The translations under genes were made by a program, and so were the position numbers. The notes beneath the pieces are model-generated. The model was given only the letters and a program-made list of their open reading frames with translations, was not told the origin of the DNA and did not search any database. A DNA stretch of 64,000 bases. It comes from the human T2T-CHM13v2.0 reference genome, Homo sapiens. Shown here piece by piece: positions 37,900 through 51,697 of the stretch (its first letter is position 1; each line of letters opens with the position of its first letter). Where the stretch lies: the NCBI RefSeq assembly GCF_009914755.1, contig NC_060941.1; one strand, written 5' to 3'.

Positions 37900-39110
37900 T
37901 GAAATGGGCGCACGTGACAGCAGCAGCCACCTCGAGAGTGACATCACCCCTGAGGGCGGAGCCCAACTATGTAGGGCCTTGTCAGTTACCGAGCTTCCTC
38001 CCTGCTGCCCCTCCAAATGCCACCCACAAGTCCGAGCCCCCCGGGGATACGAGAAATGCCAGGACATCCCAGAGCGCCAGAGCCAGGGCCCCGTCTCTCC
38101 GCGCGGAGGAGGGCTGCGTCCCCACTCCCTCTTCCAGCCGTTCCCCACCCCCAAACTGTGGAAGGGGCGGGGGCGCGCGCGCTCCACCACGCACGCGCCC
38201 CCACGCACGCGCGCTCCCTCCGCGCTCGCGCCCCTCCCCACCCCAGCCCGGAGGGGGCGGGGCTGCGGGCGGCCTCAGAGGGTGCGACGCCCCCAGCGCG
38301 GCGGCGGCGCTAGCGAGCGGCCGGCGGGGCGCGGGTTGCTGGGCGCGCTGCTCCGGCGGGGCCCGCTGGCACAGCCGCCTCGCGCGAGCCGCCCGCCCGG
38401 CGGGGGAAGCTGCGAGCGCTCCGAGCGCCCGGCCTAGGGCCGCTGGCGCTGCCCTCCCGCCGCCACCGCCCTCCGCGCCTCCTTCGGGCGGCCCCGCCCC
38501 CATTCCCATCCCCCTCGCGCTCACCTCCCGGCTGTGCCGCGCGCTAGGCGGAGCGAGGCGCCCGCCGCCGCCGAGCCGAGCCGAGGGGCGAGAGCTGGCC
38601 CCCGAGCCGCCGCTGACAGGAGCACCGCCGCGGGCTGCGCTCGCCGGCTGCGAGGCCCCGCCGCGCCGTTCCGGGGTGCAGACTCGCCGCGGGGCGTTGG
38701 AGGACTGCGAGGTGCTCCGGGAATCGCGGGCGGCGCCGGCGGGCGGCGCGGTCCTCACAGGAGACCCCGGGGACTGGGGCTTGACCCGGAGGTGCAGAGA
38801 GCCCCTCAGAGCGGCAGGTAAGGGGCCCGGGGAGCAGGGCGAGGAAAGGTCGCTTCAGTGACAGGGTCGTTCGCCTCCACAGCCTCGGCTCCGGGGAGAG
38901 GGGCGGGGGCGAGCGGGGAGACGGCGAAATGGGCAGCGAAGTGCCTCGGTGTCCAAGGCGTGGGGAAGGCTGGCTCCGAATATGACACCAAGGCGGGCTT
39001 CAGAGGCGTGTGGGGTCGCCACTTGGCTGTCACCGAAGATGTCATGGAATTTGGTACCTAGAGCGTCTCTGGATGACGGGGACCAAGGATAAGATGCGAG
39101 GCGGATTGCT
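37900..39110. promoter_or_regulatory. CpG island promoter
   Basis: Abrupt very high GC and dense CpG in an AT-rich, CpG-depleted background. GC boxes (GGGGCGGGG ~38164, ~38254; GCCCCGCCCC ~38491), E-box CACGTGAC 37911-37918, tandem CCACGCACGCGC ~38177-38203. Confidence 0.95.
38530..38817 (+). other. Putative non-coding first exon of an unidentified gene (5' boundary approximate)
   Basis: Strong donor GCAG|GTAAGG at 38817/38818 near the 3' part of the CpG island, downstream of the GC boxes. No ATG seen in the GC-rich segment. Followed by long AT-rich intron-like sequence. Confidence 0.65.
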
Positions 39111-40989
39111 AAACGTGGCAGGGAATGTGGTGCAGAACGAGTTGCAAAATGTGCCCCCAGAATGCAGCATAAAAGTAGTTGCGAAATGTGCCAGGTAAGG
39201 CACAGGATGGGCTGGCCTCTGTGGCGTTGAAATTCATGGTCGAAGTGTTATTAGCGATATTAATAATTCCTCTGGGAAAGGAGGTGTAGCATAATAAAAG
39301 ATTAATAAGGCTCATTGCTAGATATTTTGCCATAGGAAATCGGGAGGAGCTATGATAAGCTATTTTTTTTGAGGTAGAGAAAGTAACCACGTGAAAGAAA
39401 AAAAGCAAATTGTGTCTGGCTGTGAGATTGGAAAGAAAAAATAGGGCTAAAATAATTCCAGGTTTTGCCATCAGCGTGTAGAGCATTGGTACAATTGTAT
39501 CCAGTCTTCATTTCCAGGTGTGGAATGTTTAGAATGGTCTTCACAAAACATAAACAATGATAATTAACATTAGGAAGAAGATTTGGTGTTTCGGGTGTCT
39601 TTCACTCTCTTCTCTGCTCCTCTCCAGGAAAAGAAACAAACAAAACCCCAAACGTCTTGACCATAATTATGAGTTAAAGATCATTAGGCAAAGGGAAGTA
39701 TTTTTCGTATGTGCCCTTTTCCTGATTTTTACACAGGTGAAAATATCTGTAATGAGGAAAACAAAGCAGTGTGGTGAACAAAAGGGATAGATTTTCAGGC
39801 ATTTTGAGGGGTTGGAGCCAGTATCTATCACAATGGTTAATTATAGAGAACGGCAGTACTAAAATATTCTTGTATGTTCTTGGTGTTGGGATGGTGAAAT
39901 AAAAAAAAAAAAAGAATACAGTAAATTGGCATAAAAAGCAACAACATGGATACTGTCAGTGGAGTGCTTCTTGCAGCATTTCCCAGGTAGATCCTCTTAG
40001 GGATGTGAGCACGAAATAAAACGTTAAACATTCTCTTTCTCCCTCTCTCTTGCTCCCCTCTGTATCTAGATATTTATTTATGTCTCTATATAGATATATG
40101 TGCATGTATATTATACATACATAAGAAATTACCAACATGCTGCAAAACATTGTGACTTCCATTTAAGAACATCTGTTTCGAGAGGATTGTCAGAACATAG
40201 CTGGAATTTCAGAAGTAACAAAAGACAACTCCATGATCTATTTAATGTAACTTATATGTATACATACAATGAGTGTGAATATACTATATAACAAAAGCAG
40301 AAATATGGAAATGTGTTCGTTAGAATGTACTTAATTATTGATGAGATTTTAATGTTTTATGTTATAATTCTTGTAAAGAAATTAAATTACATGTGTGAAT
40401 GCTGTTCTCATTATAGTAATTTGCCAGATAATCTGAAAATTCATACTGATTGGCTTTCCCTTAGATCCAAATTCAGCCATTGAGGGATCATTTGCTTCAA
40501 AGACAAAAATAGATTTTCCTTGGTGATTGATTTTGGGTTTTAGTCTTTTCTGTAGATATGTCCCTTACCTTGAGAAGCTGTTGGGGCTGAAGAACAGAGG
40601 AAAGGGCCAGAGGAGAATAAAGAGAATTCTGTTGGGTCTTCCTGTTTTGTTCTGACTGTAAGCCATATGTACTGCCACCCCCTACTGTCTGTAGGAAGAG
40701 GTGTTACAGAGCCCGATTCTTTTCTTGTTATCACTGCCCCCTTGTGTAAGGGAAGAAATTGATAGTTGCGCTCGGGGAACCAGTCCTCTCAGATTGTTCT
40801 TGATAGAGTATTATGTAGATCTGTGAATCACCTATTTTCTTCAGAGTTGAAGGGCTTTAAACTTACTGTTAATCAGGCCTCAGATTTGGTGTCTATTTTA
40901 AATATAGGTAGCATTTGATGTTAGGAATTCAGATTGCTTAAGAATGTTTTTGGTACTTTCAGGAAGAGGGTGCAATACAATTACTACTA

Positions 40990-41213
40990 CATTCTTCCCT
41001 TATTGTATGCAGGGGATTGGTTCCAGGACCCCCACATATGCCAAAATCCTTGCATGCTCAAATCCCGCAGTTGGTGTATGGAACCATGTATAGGGAAAAG
41101 TCGGCCCTCAATATACTCGGTTTTTGCATCCCATGAATACTGTATTGCTTGAAAAAAATCTGCATAGGAGTAGACCAGCACAGTTTAAGCCCATGTTGTT
41201 CAAGGGCCAGCTG
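40990..41213. mobile_element. MER8 (Tigger2-derived MITE)
   Basis: GGGGATTGGTTCCAGGACCCCC...AAAAGTCGGCCCTC...TGTTGTTCAAGGGCCAGCTG; TA flanks. Confidence 0.85.
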
Positions 41214-41219
41214 TACTAG

Positions 41220-41460
41220 TAGTAACAGCTCACATTTATGTAGCACCTATTCTTTGCCAGTCCCGTTGTACGTTGTTTTAATCAGTTCCAACACCCTATG
41301 AGGTATGTGTTGTTATTTCTGTTTTACAGATGAGAATCTGAAACACAGAGAGGTTAAATAACTTGCCCAATACTATATAGCTGAGAAGTAGAAGAGCTAA
41401 GTTTCCATTTAGGAATGCTAGCTCCAGAACCTGTGCTCCTCATCAATATGCTATATTGCC
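41220..41460. mobile_element. MIR
   Basis: TTTTACAGATGAGAATCTGAAACACAGAGAGGTTAAATAACTTGCCCAA. Confidence 0.8.
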
Positions 41461-43397
41461 CTCTCACTCAAGGTAGTATTGGCAAGGCATAATTAAAATG
41501 CATGTGCCCATCATAAAGCAAGTACAATAGATGTGGATAAACCTGGACAACTCACATAGATGTTAAGTCTGCATATATACAAAAGATACAGTTATTTGCA
41601 GTGTGAACATTTCTCTTTAGGAATTTGTTTTTTAACTTATTTCTGGGATTATGCGTAGAGGAGTATTAGTACTTTTTATGTGGTTAAGGAAATATTTGTG
41701 ATGGTGGTTGGTTTGAAGGGAACTTCAGAGGTAAAAAGTTAATTTCAAGTAGTTTAATATAGTGTGTGTGTGTGTGTGTATATAAATACACATTCATACA
41801 CACACACACAGCCTTTTTAAGAGCACCAGTAAACCTTTACTGCTTATTTTCTGTAGGGAAATTAAGGATAAATTACAATATTTTTCTTCCTACTCATATT
41901 TTTATGACCTCTTTTTCATTTATATTAAAAACTACCATAATTAGCACAAATGGATTAGATGCCTATGTACATTTTACCTCTAATGTCAACAAATGTTTGT
42001 TCAGATTTTTCTCACACTTAAACATTGTTTTATAAGATATTGACCACATATGACAAAGTATTTATAAAAATGTGTAAAATATAAAGACTTCACAATGCAG
42101 CCAACACTTACATGCCTTTTACCCAGTTTAAGAAATGGAACATCATCTTTCACAATTATAATAGTTATTTTCTTCTCTTAGCCAAATTGCTTCTGCCATT
42201 CTTTTTCAACAGAAACCTTTCCTTATTGTGCTGCGAATTGCATATCTCATGTAACCAAACACTTCCCTTTTTATATACATTTGTTGATATGGGAATTCAA
42301 TATAATCTACTGCTTATGGCTAAAACTTATTCAGCATATATGCTTACGTAATTTAATATATTTAATAAATTGTCATACACTCAGACTATGCTTTGTATTT
42401 GTATTGGTTACTGGTTGGTAGTTCATTTTAGCATACTTCACTTGTAAAACTTAATTTGGTTTGCAAATTAGGATTTTACTAACATTGTTAAACATTAATA
42501 GATTATTTCCCTCTTCCATCATGAATTCTTGACTGTCCCACGCTAGCTCTGTTTTTTCTTCTTTTCCCCATAACTGCCTTTGCTCTTTATTTCTTAAGTG
42601 ACTCTGTATGAATTATTTTGAATGGAGAGGGAAGGAGACCCTAGAAAGGAGTATACTAATCCAGTCATTTCAAAGGGGACTATTAGGGTAGTTGGTACTG
42701 ATTGAATATATGGTAGAACAAGTGTGCATAAAAGAAATGCATGAAAATCCTTTCCTTGTCATATTTCTTCCTTTTACAGTAGAATTAAAATGAGATCTGA
42801 GACACTCTGATTGGGCACACTAGCTGAATATTGTTGGATTGAACTTACCCAGAATCACCAATGTTAGCTGGGATATTTTTGCTGACAGTACAATATGCAG
42901 ATTTTAATTCAGGGAGCTAGAACAAGCTGTTGCAGAGGGCTGTTTACTCTTCTAGTACTAGTCTAATCAAGGCACCAAATATTATAAAATAGTTTGGAAG
43001 CTAGTTCAATTATTTGGACTTTTTTTTTCTTTCTGAATGACTTGAGACTCAGCATTGTTATATTTGCTTAATGTGCCTGTAGTCATCAAATGCTGTGATT
43101 ATTTTGAGGGAAAGGCACTCTGTAAATATACTATACAAATAAATAGTTTAGACTTCGTTGTAATACCGTGAGAATACCGCTTGGTTTCTTTGAATAGCGT
43201 CTTTTGTAGTAACTTGCATTAGATGAAGACCGTTTAAAATGAAAAAAAAAATGAGTTAAGGAGATGTGTGTATGGTGATGCAGAGTGTATATCCCTGATG
43301 AGTTTCTTGAAAAGGCCACGGAGAGAAATAGGTTAAAGAAGAGCTTAAAGACTAGAGCTGTGTTTTCCCACTCAGCAGTCTCCTGCTGCCCTTCGCT

Positions 43398-43701
43398 TTC
43401 CCTTTCTTTTCTCTTTTCAAGACAGGATCTCACTATGTCTCCCAGGGTAGGGTGCAGTGGTGTGATCTTAGCTTATTGCAGCCTACGTCTCCTGGGCTCA
43501 GGCGATCCTCTCACCTCAGCCTGCTGAGTAGCTGAGACTATAGGCACGTGCCACCATATCCAGCTAATTTTTGTACTTTTTGTAGAGACAGTGTTTCACT
43601 CTGTTGTCCAGGCTCATCTCAAACTCCTGGACTCAAGTGATCCACCTGCCTTGGCCTCCCAAAGTGCTGGGATTACAGGTGTGAGCCAACTGTGCCCAGC
43701 C
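43398..43701 (-). mobile_element. AluJ
   Basis: Diverged Alu consensus. Confidence 0.9.
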
Positions 43702-43720
43702 AGTTTTCTTTCTTTTAGAG

Positions 43721-44038
43721 CAGGGGTCTCTAACCCCTGGACCATCATGGCCTGTTTGGAACCAGGGTGCACAGCAGGAGGTGAGTGGCTGGCCAGCCAG
43801 CATTACTGTGTGAGCACCTCCTCCTGTCAGATCAGCAGCTTCATTAGATTCTCATAGGAGCTTGAACCCTATTGTGAACTGCTCATGAGAGGGATCCGGG
43901 TTGTCCGTCCTTATGAGAATCTAATGCCTGATGATCTGAGGTGGAACAGTTTCATCCCCAAACCATCTCTGCCCCCCTACCCTCTGGAAAAATTGTCTGG
44001 AAAAACGTCCCTGTTGCCAAAAAGGTTGGGGACCGCTG
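43721..44038. mobile_element. MER1B (hAT-Charlie)
   Basis: CAGGGGTCTCTAACCCC...AAAGGTTGGGGACCGCTG with TIRs; 8-bp TSD TTTTAGAG/TTTCAGAG. Confidence 0.9.
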
Positions 44039-44649
44039 TTTCAGAGGACATTTTACTTTGCGTATTTAAGATTCAAGGTAATATTAGATGGAGAACAGGA
44101 ACTTTGGGTCTGAGTTTTAGAAGGCTAAAGCAGGTTACGCAATTAGTGAAAAAACTTTCTGGGACCTTTTTTTTTCTAGAAGGGTCAAAGTAACTATAAT
44201 ACCATAATTTTTTCTGGAAACAAATTTATTAGGTCAGTTTATTTTAAAAAATCTTTATAAATTATGTGAAAGCTGTGTTTGTGGATATGTCATATAAGTT
44301 GTTTTTTTGTTGTGGGCCACACATGACGTATCTTGTTATGTTCGGTCTCTTGTTTGCTCTTGAATAGTTAAAGGTAAGCATTACTAAATTTAAGAGTCAA
44401 AATAATTGTGTTAGTGTTCTATTATGCCTTTTCTTCCCCGTAATATCAATTTCTGTCTTTATTCACTACATGGTTTATAGTGCATCTTAAACTCCTTTCT
44501 TTGTTTATCAGAACTTAAGAGAGTCTCATGTCACTCATTTAAACTGAGTAGTTGCATTATAGAAATGATCTTGTTGGTGTGTTTTTTTAAAAATCCAATT
44601 GCTGAGGAAACACCTTTAGTGTTTTTGTCAACTTTGCCTACATTTCTTC

Positions 44650-45545
<896 letters not shown>

Positions 45546-45797
45546 TTGACCGTTATCTCAGTTATGCCTTTGAAACCTCATCTCTTATTGTGGAATTAGA
45601 GGAAACTTTAGGCACCAGGAGGTAGGTTTAGAGAAATATACACACCATCTAAAATATTACTCAGAGTAAGTCCTGGACTGTAACTAAAACTAACCCTAAA
45701 GATAAACCAGATTTTGTTCTTTTTTATGTTTGCTGGTGGCAAGAGGAAGATGAGAAGATTCTCTGAACTTTAGCCAAATGATTTTCTTTGTACAATG

Positions 45798-46129
45798 CAA
45801 GAGTTGCCAAACTATAGCCCATAGACCAAATCCAGCCCATTGTCTGTTTTTGTATGACCTGCAAACTAAGAATGGTTTTTACAATTTTAAGCAGTTGAAA
45901 AGATATCAAAGGAGGAATGATACTTCATGACATATGAAAATTAAAGGAGATTCAAATTTCATTGTCCATAAAGAAAGTTCTATTGGAACTTAGCCATATT
46001 CACTTATTTACATATTGGGTATTGGGTGCAGCAGCAGAGTTGACTACTAGTTGCTGTCGAGACCATACGGCCTGCAAAGCCTAAATATTTACTAGCTAGC
46101 TCTTTAGAGAATAAGTTTGTCAGTCCTTG
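45798..46129. mobile_element. MER58B (hAT-Charlie)
   Basis: CAAGAGTTGCCAAACTATAGCCC..CTAAGAATGGTTTTTAC..GCCTAAATATTTACTA..AAGTTTGTCAGTCCTTG. Confidence 0.85.
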
Positions 46130-48650
46130 GTCTGTTACATAGCCTGTGCCCATTAAGTGTTCGTTGAATATCATGAGTTGGAGATATACCAGCTACTTTT
46201 TTGAAGGGCTTCGCAGGGCGTAATTCCTTCTATTTACTGAGAAGATTGGCCACTTTGCTTTTGTAATGATTTATCTCACAGGCCCCTGTTGTACCTCTCT
46301 GATGACACCCTTATTACATCTAACACTGAATAAGACTCTCACAAAGTGTGTTTCAAGATTCTATTCCTTTTTTTTTCTTTAAAAGGTGGAGAGGAGTTTG
46401 GAGAACAGCATGTAGTAGAATGTTTTTCTTCGCTCACATCTCAGTTTCTCATATACATTTTTTGCAATAAAAGATCATTGTTATATTTTTAAAAACCTTG
46501 ATTTTGTATATTAGTTTGTTAGGCAGACACCTTGTGTGTAAAGTTTAAAAGTTGAGGTGGATTAGTTATGTTGGAAAAACTGGGGTATTTTTATGGAGTG
46601 TATTAACATATTCATTCATTTAAATATTTATTGACTACTATGTATAAGTTGTTAATTTTACTACTATTGTCTTTGACTTGGTGATGGAAATTTCATATTC
46701 TTCCTTAAAAGCTAAAATTGTAATTCAGAATCCTGTGTCTTACATATTTTTTCTACCCCTGGGAAAAATATAGTTCAAAAACATATGTACCATACTATTA
46801 ATATTTGCCACTTCCCTGAAGTTCAGTAAGCCAATGATGATAGATTTTACTGTTTTCTTTATGTGGCAAAGTGTTATGAAAAGGCAGTGATTGATATATT
46901 CCTTTTCGTAGATATCAGCCAATGTTACAGACATAAAATTCATAAAGAAAAGTACGTAAGCAATAATAGTGGAAAACTTGTCATTCCAAATGGATGATCT
47001 TTGGACCAGGTAGCCATTCTTATTTCCTTGTCTGTAATACCATGCTAGCATTATCATATGATGACGTAGCTGATTATAAAGATTGACAACATTAAGAAAT
47101 ATGGCCCCAGTTTTTTACTGCCATGGAAATCCCCTGGTTAATCCAGCCTTATAAGTAGATTATAGTTATTGAACTTGGAAACGAGAGTGGGTATATAGAG
47201 ATTGTGATTTAGTCATTTTATGCTTGGAGAATGTGCTTCAAATCTCAGATCTCAGGCAATTCTGTCTGCCTAAATGAAGGTAGTCACTTCTTAGCCCTTT
47301 ATTCCTAATCTTTCATTGGGTGGAGGAATCCCACAATTTCTAGTTGTGGTTGCTGAAATTTGGTAAGGCACAGCTAGTTAGGTTATAGGTTATAGAAACT
47401 TGATACATATTTATTGTACTCTGTAATTCTATTTCTGTTCAAATTCCATGGAATCCTCTAGGGCACCCTGGGATTGTGAATTAGTGTGAATGAATGTAAA
47501 TAGCTTTAGTGGGCCTATGGAATGAAGACTTATTAAACCACATAAATAACCGTCCAACCACATACACCCATATTCTGCCTCAGGATCAGAGAATCAGCTT
47601 TTCCATTTTCGGGCTTTTTTTTTTAATTTTTTTTTTTTTTTAATGTAGAGACAGACTTTGTTTGAAAGCTGTTATTCAGACATTCCTATATTATAGGATG
47701 ACAGTACTGTTGCTCAGTTGTAAGTTTAGAAATTCCAATGATGAGACCAGTATATATTGGAAAGAATATGACTTTATGAGTTTTGAATCATGAAAATGGG
47801 TTTGAATTACTGCTCTGTCACTAATTGTATGAGGGGCCAAAAATCTATCTCACAGGGTTTTTATGATGATGAAATGAAAAATATCTTGGTGAAAATCCTT
47901 AGGACGATGTCTAGTACTTAATAAATGGTAATTTTTATTAGCCTGTGGAAAGTATCCTAAATTTTTCTTTTTTGATATATGCCAGCTCCTCCCAATTTTT
48001 TACTGGCATTGTCACTCCAGCTTTTCTTTGTTATCTTGTCTTGATTTCCTTTTCAGCCTTGCAAGGCATTTTAGAAACCCATGGTAGTTTGGATACTGAT
48101 TTATTTTATTCATATCCTTAAATTTTCTTTTGTGAAGTATTTGATAAAAGCTGAGAGAAAGAGTTTTTGAATAACTGTAAACCGAAAAACTCAGATACTG
48201 CTGGGCCTACTCTTTTTATGCATTTTTTTTGGACTATTTCTTTTGAACACTACTAACTTGACAAAAATTAATTTTAATCCTTTCTATAAAATCTCAAATC
48301 ATAGTGTTTCTTGAGATGCGCCCCTTGACAGCTTTTCTTCAGTTTGATTATGTAAACAGTTTTAACTTCTACAAATATCTTTTTTTGTGAATAATAACTT
48401 GAACTTTGCTCCTTACACCCCTACCCCCAGCCAGTGCCTCAGGTTGACAGCTTTTTGTAATCTTTCTTTTTTGAAACATTGTATGTGACAGTCAGTCAAG
48501 GTGGACTGCTTGGAGGGTTTGTCTGGTTTTTTTTTTTTTGATATCTACCTACTTAATAAAAAAGGGACTTATCTATTTACAGTGTAAAATAATATATTGG
48601 AAAATTTTGCCCCTTTTTCTGTGGTATAATCAGTTAACTATTTAGAATCT

Positions 48651-49264
48651 TGTAAAAAATAAAGTAGAGGTTCCTTTTCAAAGAAACTTTCCTCCCCGTC
48701 TAATTAGGAATAAATAGTAACTTCTCTTAGAAGCAAAATTTATTCAAAGATCCGTGCTAACATTCTTAAATACTACCTGTAATAAAAAAAATTAATGTAC
48801 TTTATATTCTTAGCTCTCACAATTTAGCCTAAATACTTGCCCTGGCATGCTTATACTGGTCCAAGAAAGCATTAGGTCATAGCTTGTTCCTCTTCCTTAT
48901 TTGGAAGTATTTTTACCTTTCTTAGCATTCCACAAGTTACTTCCTCCTTCCTTTGTTCTCCTCTGCCTTTGCCTCTTTTAAAAAGTTCCAAGTCGCTAGC
49001 CAATCGTGACAAATACAGAATGTGAGGTCCCGTTCCAGCCGATGGAAACCAGACACAGCAGTAAGGTGGACGCGTCAGGTTATAAATGACCCTGTCTCCT
49101 TTGTTCCATGCACTCTTGTGGCAAAACTGTTGGCGAGTGTACCCTTTCTGCAGAAAGTAAAAATGGCCTTGCTGAGAGAATTACATTTATGTTCAAGTGC
49201 TATTTCTTTGCAGCCCCAGGGAACAAGCATTCTGTTTCTACATAAACATTTTTGACATATAACA
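48651..49264 (+). mobile_element. Solo LTR10 (LTR10C-like, HERV-I/ERV1)
   Basis: TGTAAAAAATAAAGTAGAGGTTCC...ACATATAACA with TG..CA termini and 4-bp TSD ATCT/ATCC. Internal CCAAT box and TTATAAA. Matches the recalled LTR10 consensus. Confidence 0.85.
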
Positions 49265-49678
49265 ATCCCATTTTTCCCTAAGCTTCAGTTATTTCTGTAG
49301 CACTTTGTCAATTTCTGCTTATCTGTGTATCTTTAGTATAATTATTGAATCTTTTTCTTTAAATGAACTTGACTCATTTTCTCTTAGTTTCATCTTTAGT
49401 TTTCCTGATCTTTATAAACTGATAAGTTTGTGCTAGTTATAAACTAAAGAATAGTTCATCCTGAAGACATTTCACTTAATGCACTTGGGAAAGACTACTT
49501 ATATGCAAATTTGGTTCCAGATTGGATTGTTTTGAATTTTAAAATAACTTCATATAATGAGTCTTCTCCTTGCTTTAGATAATTTAATTGTTTTTGTCTT
49601 TGGATATGTTAAATGTAGGCATTTATTGGTTGTCAACAAATGTTAATTGTCATTACTTATAATGGGCAGCTGGGGTAT

Positions 49679-49784
49679 TTCTCCCCTATCCCCTAACATT
49701 CTACCTATTTTTTTTTAATTACAAAAGTAATATTCTCCCCATCCCCTAACATTCTACCTATTTTTTTAAATTACAAAAGTAATA
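49679..49784. repeat. ~53-bp tandem duplication (2 copies)
   Basis: TTCTCCCC(T)ATCCCCTAACATTCTACCTATTTT..AATTACAAAAGTAATA repeated head-to-tail. Confidence 0.95.
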
Positions 49785-50224
49785 CATCTGCTTGCAACCA
49801 CTAAAATAAACAAACTCTAGGAGTCAATAAAGAAAAAGTTGATATTTTCCTCTCCCCTCGGGTTTCTCCCTTCTCTAGTTATATTCCTTGGAGTAGCCAA
49901 CGTTAACCAACACTTTGATAAGGAGTATTTTTTCAGTGTGTTTCTCTTTGCTCAAAAATATATAAGCATATACACATAAATATACAGGCTTCTTGTTTTT
50001 CTAATTAAATAGGGATCATATTATTTATTGCTTAGTAACATGTATTACTCATTTAACAATATATCATGGCTATCACTTCAGTTCAGTAAATGGAACTCTG
50101 ATTTTTAAAAGCTGAATAATATTTTATAGTACACTGTACCATAATTTATTATGTTATTTCCCAACTGATGGATGTTAAGATTGTTTCCTTTTTTTGCTAT
50201 TATAAACATTAGTTCACTCTTATG

Positions 50225-51010
50225 ACTAGAGAAGCAAACATTTGAAATAAAGTATTAGCAAAATAAATCTAGCCACGTGTTTAAAAGGTAATACACTATG
50301 ATCAAGTAGAGTTTATTGCAGGAAGGCAAGGGCATTAAAATATTAAAATATTGTATAATATTAACACATTCTGAGATAAAAACTACATGATTATTTCTCT
50401 TTTTTTGGGGAGAGTTAGGGGCTTCGTATTGTATTTATACAAAATAGCATAGGGAGATGCCTGCCCATGTGGACAGCAGTCCAAGTTTTATACAGTTCTT
50501 TGGTCTTAAAAGTTGATAGACAAAAGTCTTTATTCTGGGGTCTTTAGAGGGGACTCTATGGGTCCTGTGCCTTGGCCTTGACCTCGTTACTGGCCATTGG
50601 TTGCCAAAGCTTAGTATGTTGACAGTATGGACAGCTGGGAAAGAGACTGGGATGGATGGTGTGGGTGATATCCAGTTCAGGGCTGGTACCTTTTAAGAGT
50701 ACCAATTTGATTACTTTGGGCTTGAGGAGCACCTTTTTGGCCTCTGTATAGGTGCTCATTGCCTTGGAAATGTTGGCCTGAATCTTTTCGAGGACTTTTT
50801 TGTTGGGCTTGTTGGCAGAATTATGCATTCCTTAGAATCTGAATGTCTTGAAGCCATTTCTGTGCCATTTTCAGGACTGGTCTTCTGTGATATTGTTCTT
50901 GGATTTGGCCATATCTGTACTGCTGGCTGCAACTGTGGGAGTTGTGGAGACTGGAAAAAAGAGCCCCATGTTGATTTCAATAGATGCCAGCAAAGCATTT
51001 AATAAAATTT
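50225..51010 (+). mobile_element. L1 ORF2 (RT) fragment hosting the RPL29 retrocopy
   Basis: AAATAAAGTATTAGCAAAAT..ATGATCAAGTAGAGTTTATT..AAAACTACATGATTATTTC [insert] AATAGATGCCAGCAAAGCATTTAATAAAATT. Confidence 0.7.
50398..50963 (-). pseudogene. RPL29P: RPL29 processed pseudogene (old, near full-length)
   Basis: ATG at 50912 gives MAKSKNNITEDQS*KWHRNGFK..., then ...KPNKKVLEKIQANISKAMS..AKKVLLKPK..., matching RPL29. Premature TGA at 50871-50873 and an internal deletion. 5' pyrimidine tract CTCTTTTTTCC, RPL29-like 3'UTR, short A-tail, TSD CATGATTATTTC / CATGTTGATTTC. Confidence 0.9.
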
Positions 51011-51697
51011 TGGAATAATTTCCCCAGAATGTATATGGCATAATTTCCTAATCCTTACTTGAATGAAGATGTCTTTTATCTTGATTAGTGAAAGGTATTT
51101 TGACCAGACATAGTATTCATGGATCATAATCCTTTTTTTTCATGCAGCATGTACACGTTATACCACTGTCTTCAAGCCTTTTGTGCAGATGAAAAGTCTG
51201 ATTCTCCTTTCTTTATAAGTGTCTTCTATACATGCAGTTTTACCATCCTTATATGCCCTGAGATTTTCAGGTTTAATCTCACGGTATACTTTATCCCTTT
51301 TATATCATGAGAAACCCAATGCTGCCAGTAATTCCTGTCTTTATAGTTCTGTGTTTCTGCCTTTCTGACCCCAGTTTTTTCTCTTTTTTTGGTCTTATTC
51401 TTTAAAGTAAAGATCTTTTACCTTATTTTGCAATAGCATGTTAACAGTTTTGGTCTGTTATATGGGCATGTCTTTCTGGCATGCCTTCATTGTCTGTAGG
51501 GATATTCTACTCCTATTCTCTCATTTCTTATACTAGCAACTTCGTATGAGATTAACCTTGATACTTTTCTGGGACTCATTTTTATTTGAAATAAATTTTA
51601 AAAATATTTTAGAGTGTGGCTGGGTTTAGGAAAGCATTTTTTAAATTTACAGAGCTTTCTCTTCTCTTGCTTTTCTGTACTTTTAAAAAATGTGGCA

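Noticed and set aside
38530-38817. Naming the host gene
   Set aside because: No coding exon is present in the window and I do not reliably recognise the 5'UTR; BLAT is needed.
37914-38861. 315-aa (+) and 258-aa (-) ORFs over the CpG island
   Set aside because: Ala/Pro/Arg/Gly low-complexity; several frames on both strands are open because GC-rich DNA lacks stop codons; the + ORF starts at GTG and runs through the splice donor.
42750-42900. Strong polypyrimidine tract with a CAGTAG tandem acceptor at ~42779
   Set aside because: No convincing downstream donor or ORF, so an exon cannot be supported from sequence alone.
50556-50828. 90-aa Lys-rich ORF as a functional gene
   Set aside because: Internal fragment of the disabled RPL29 retrocopy.
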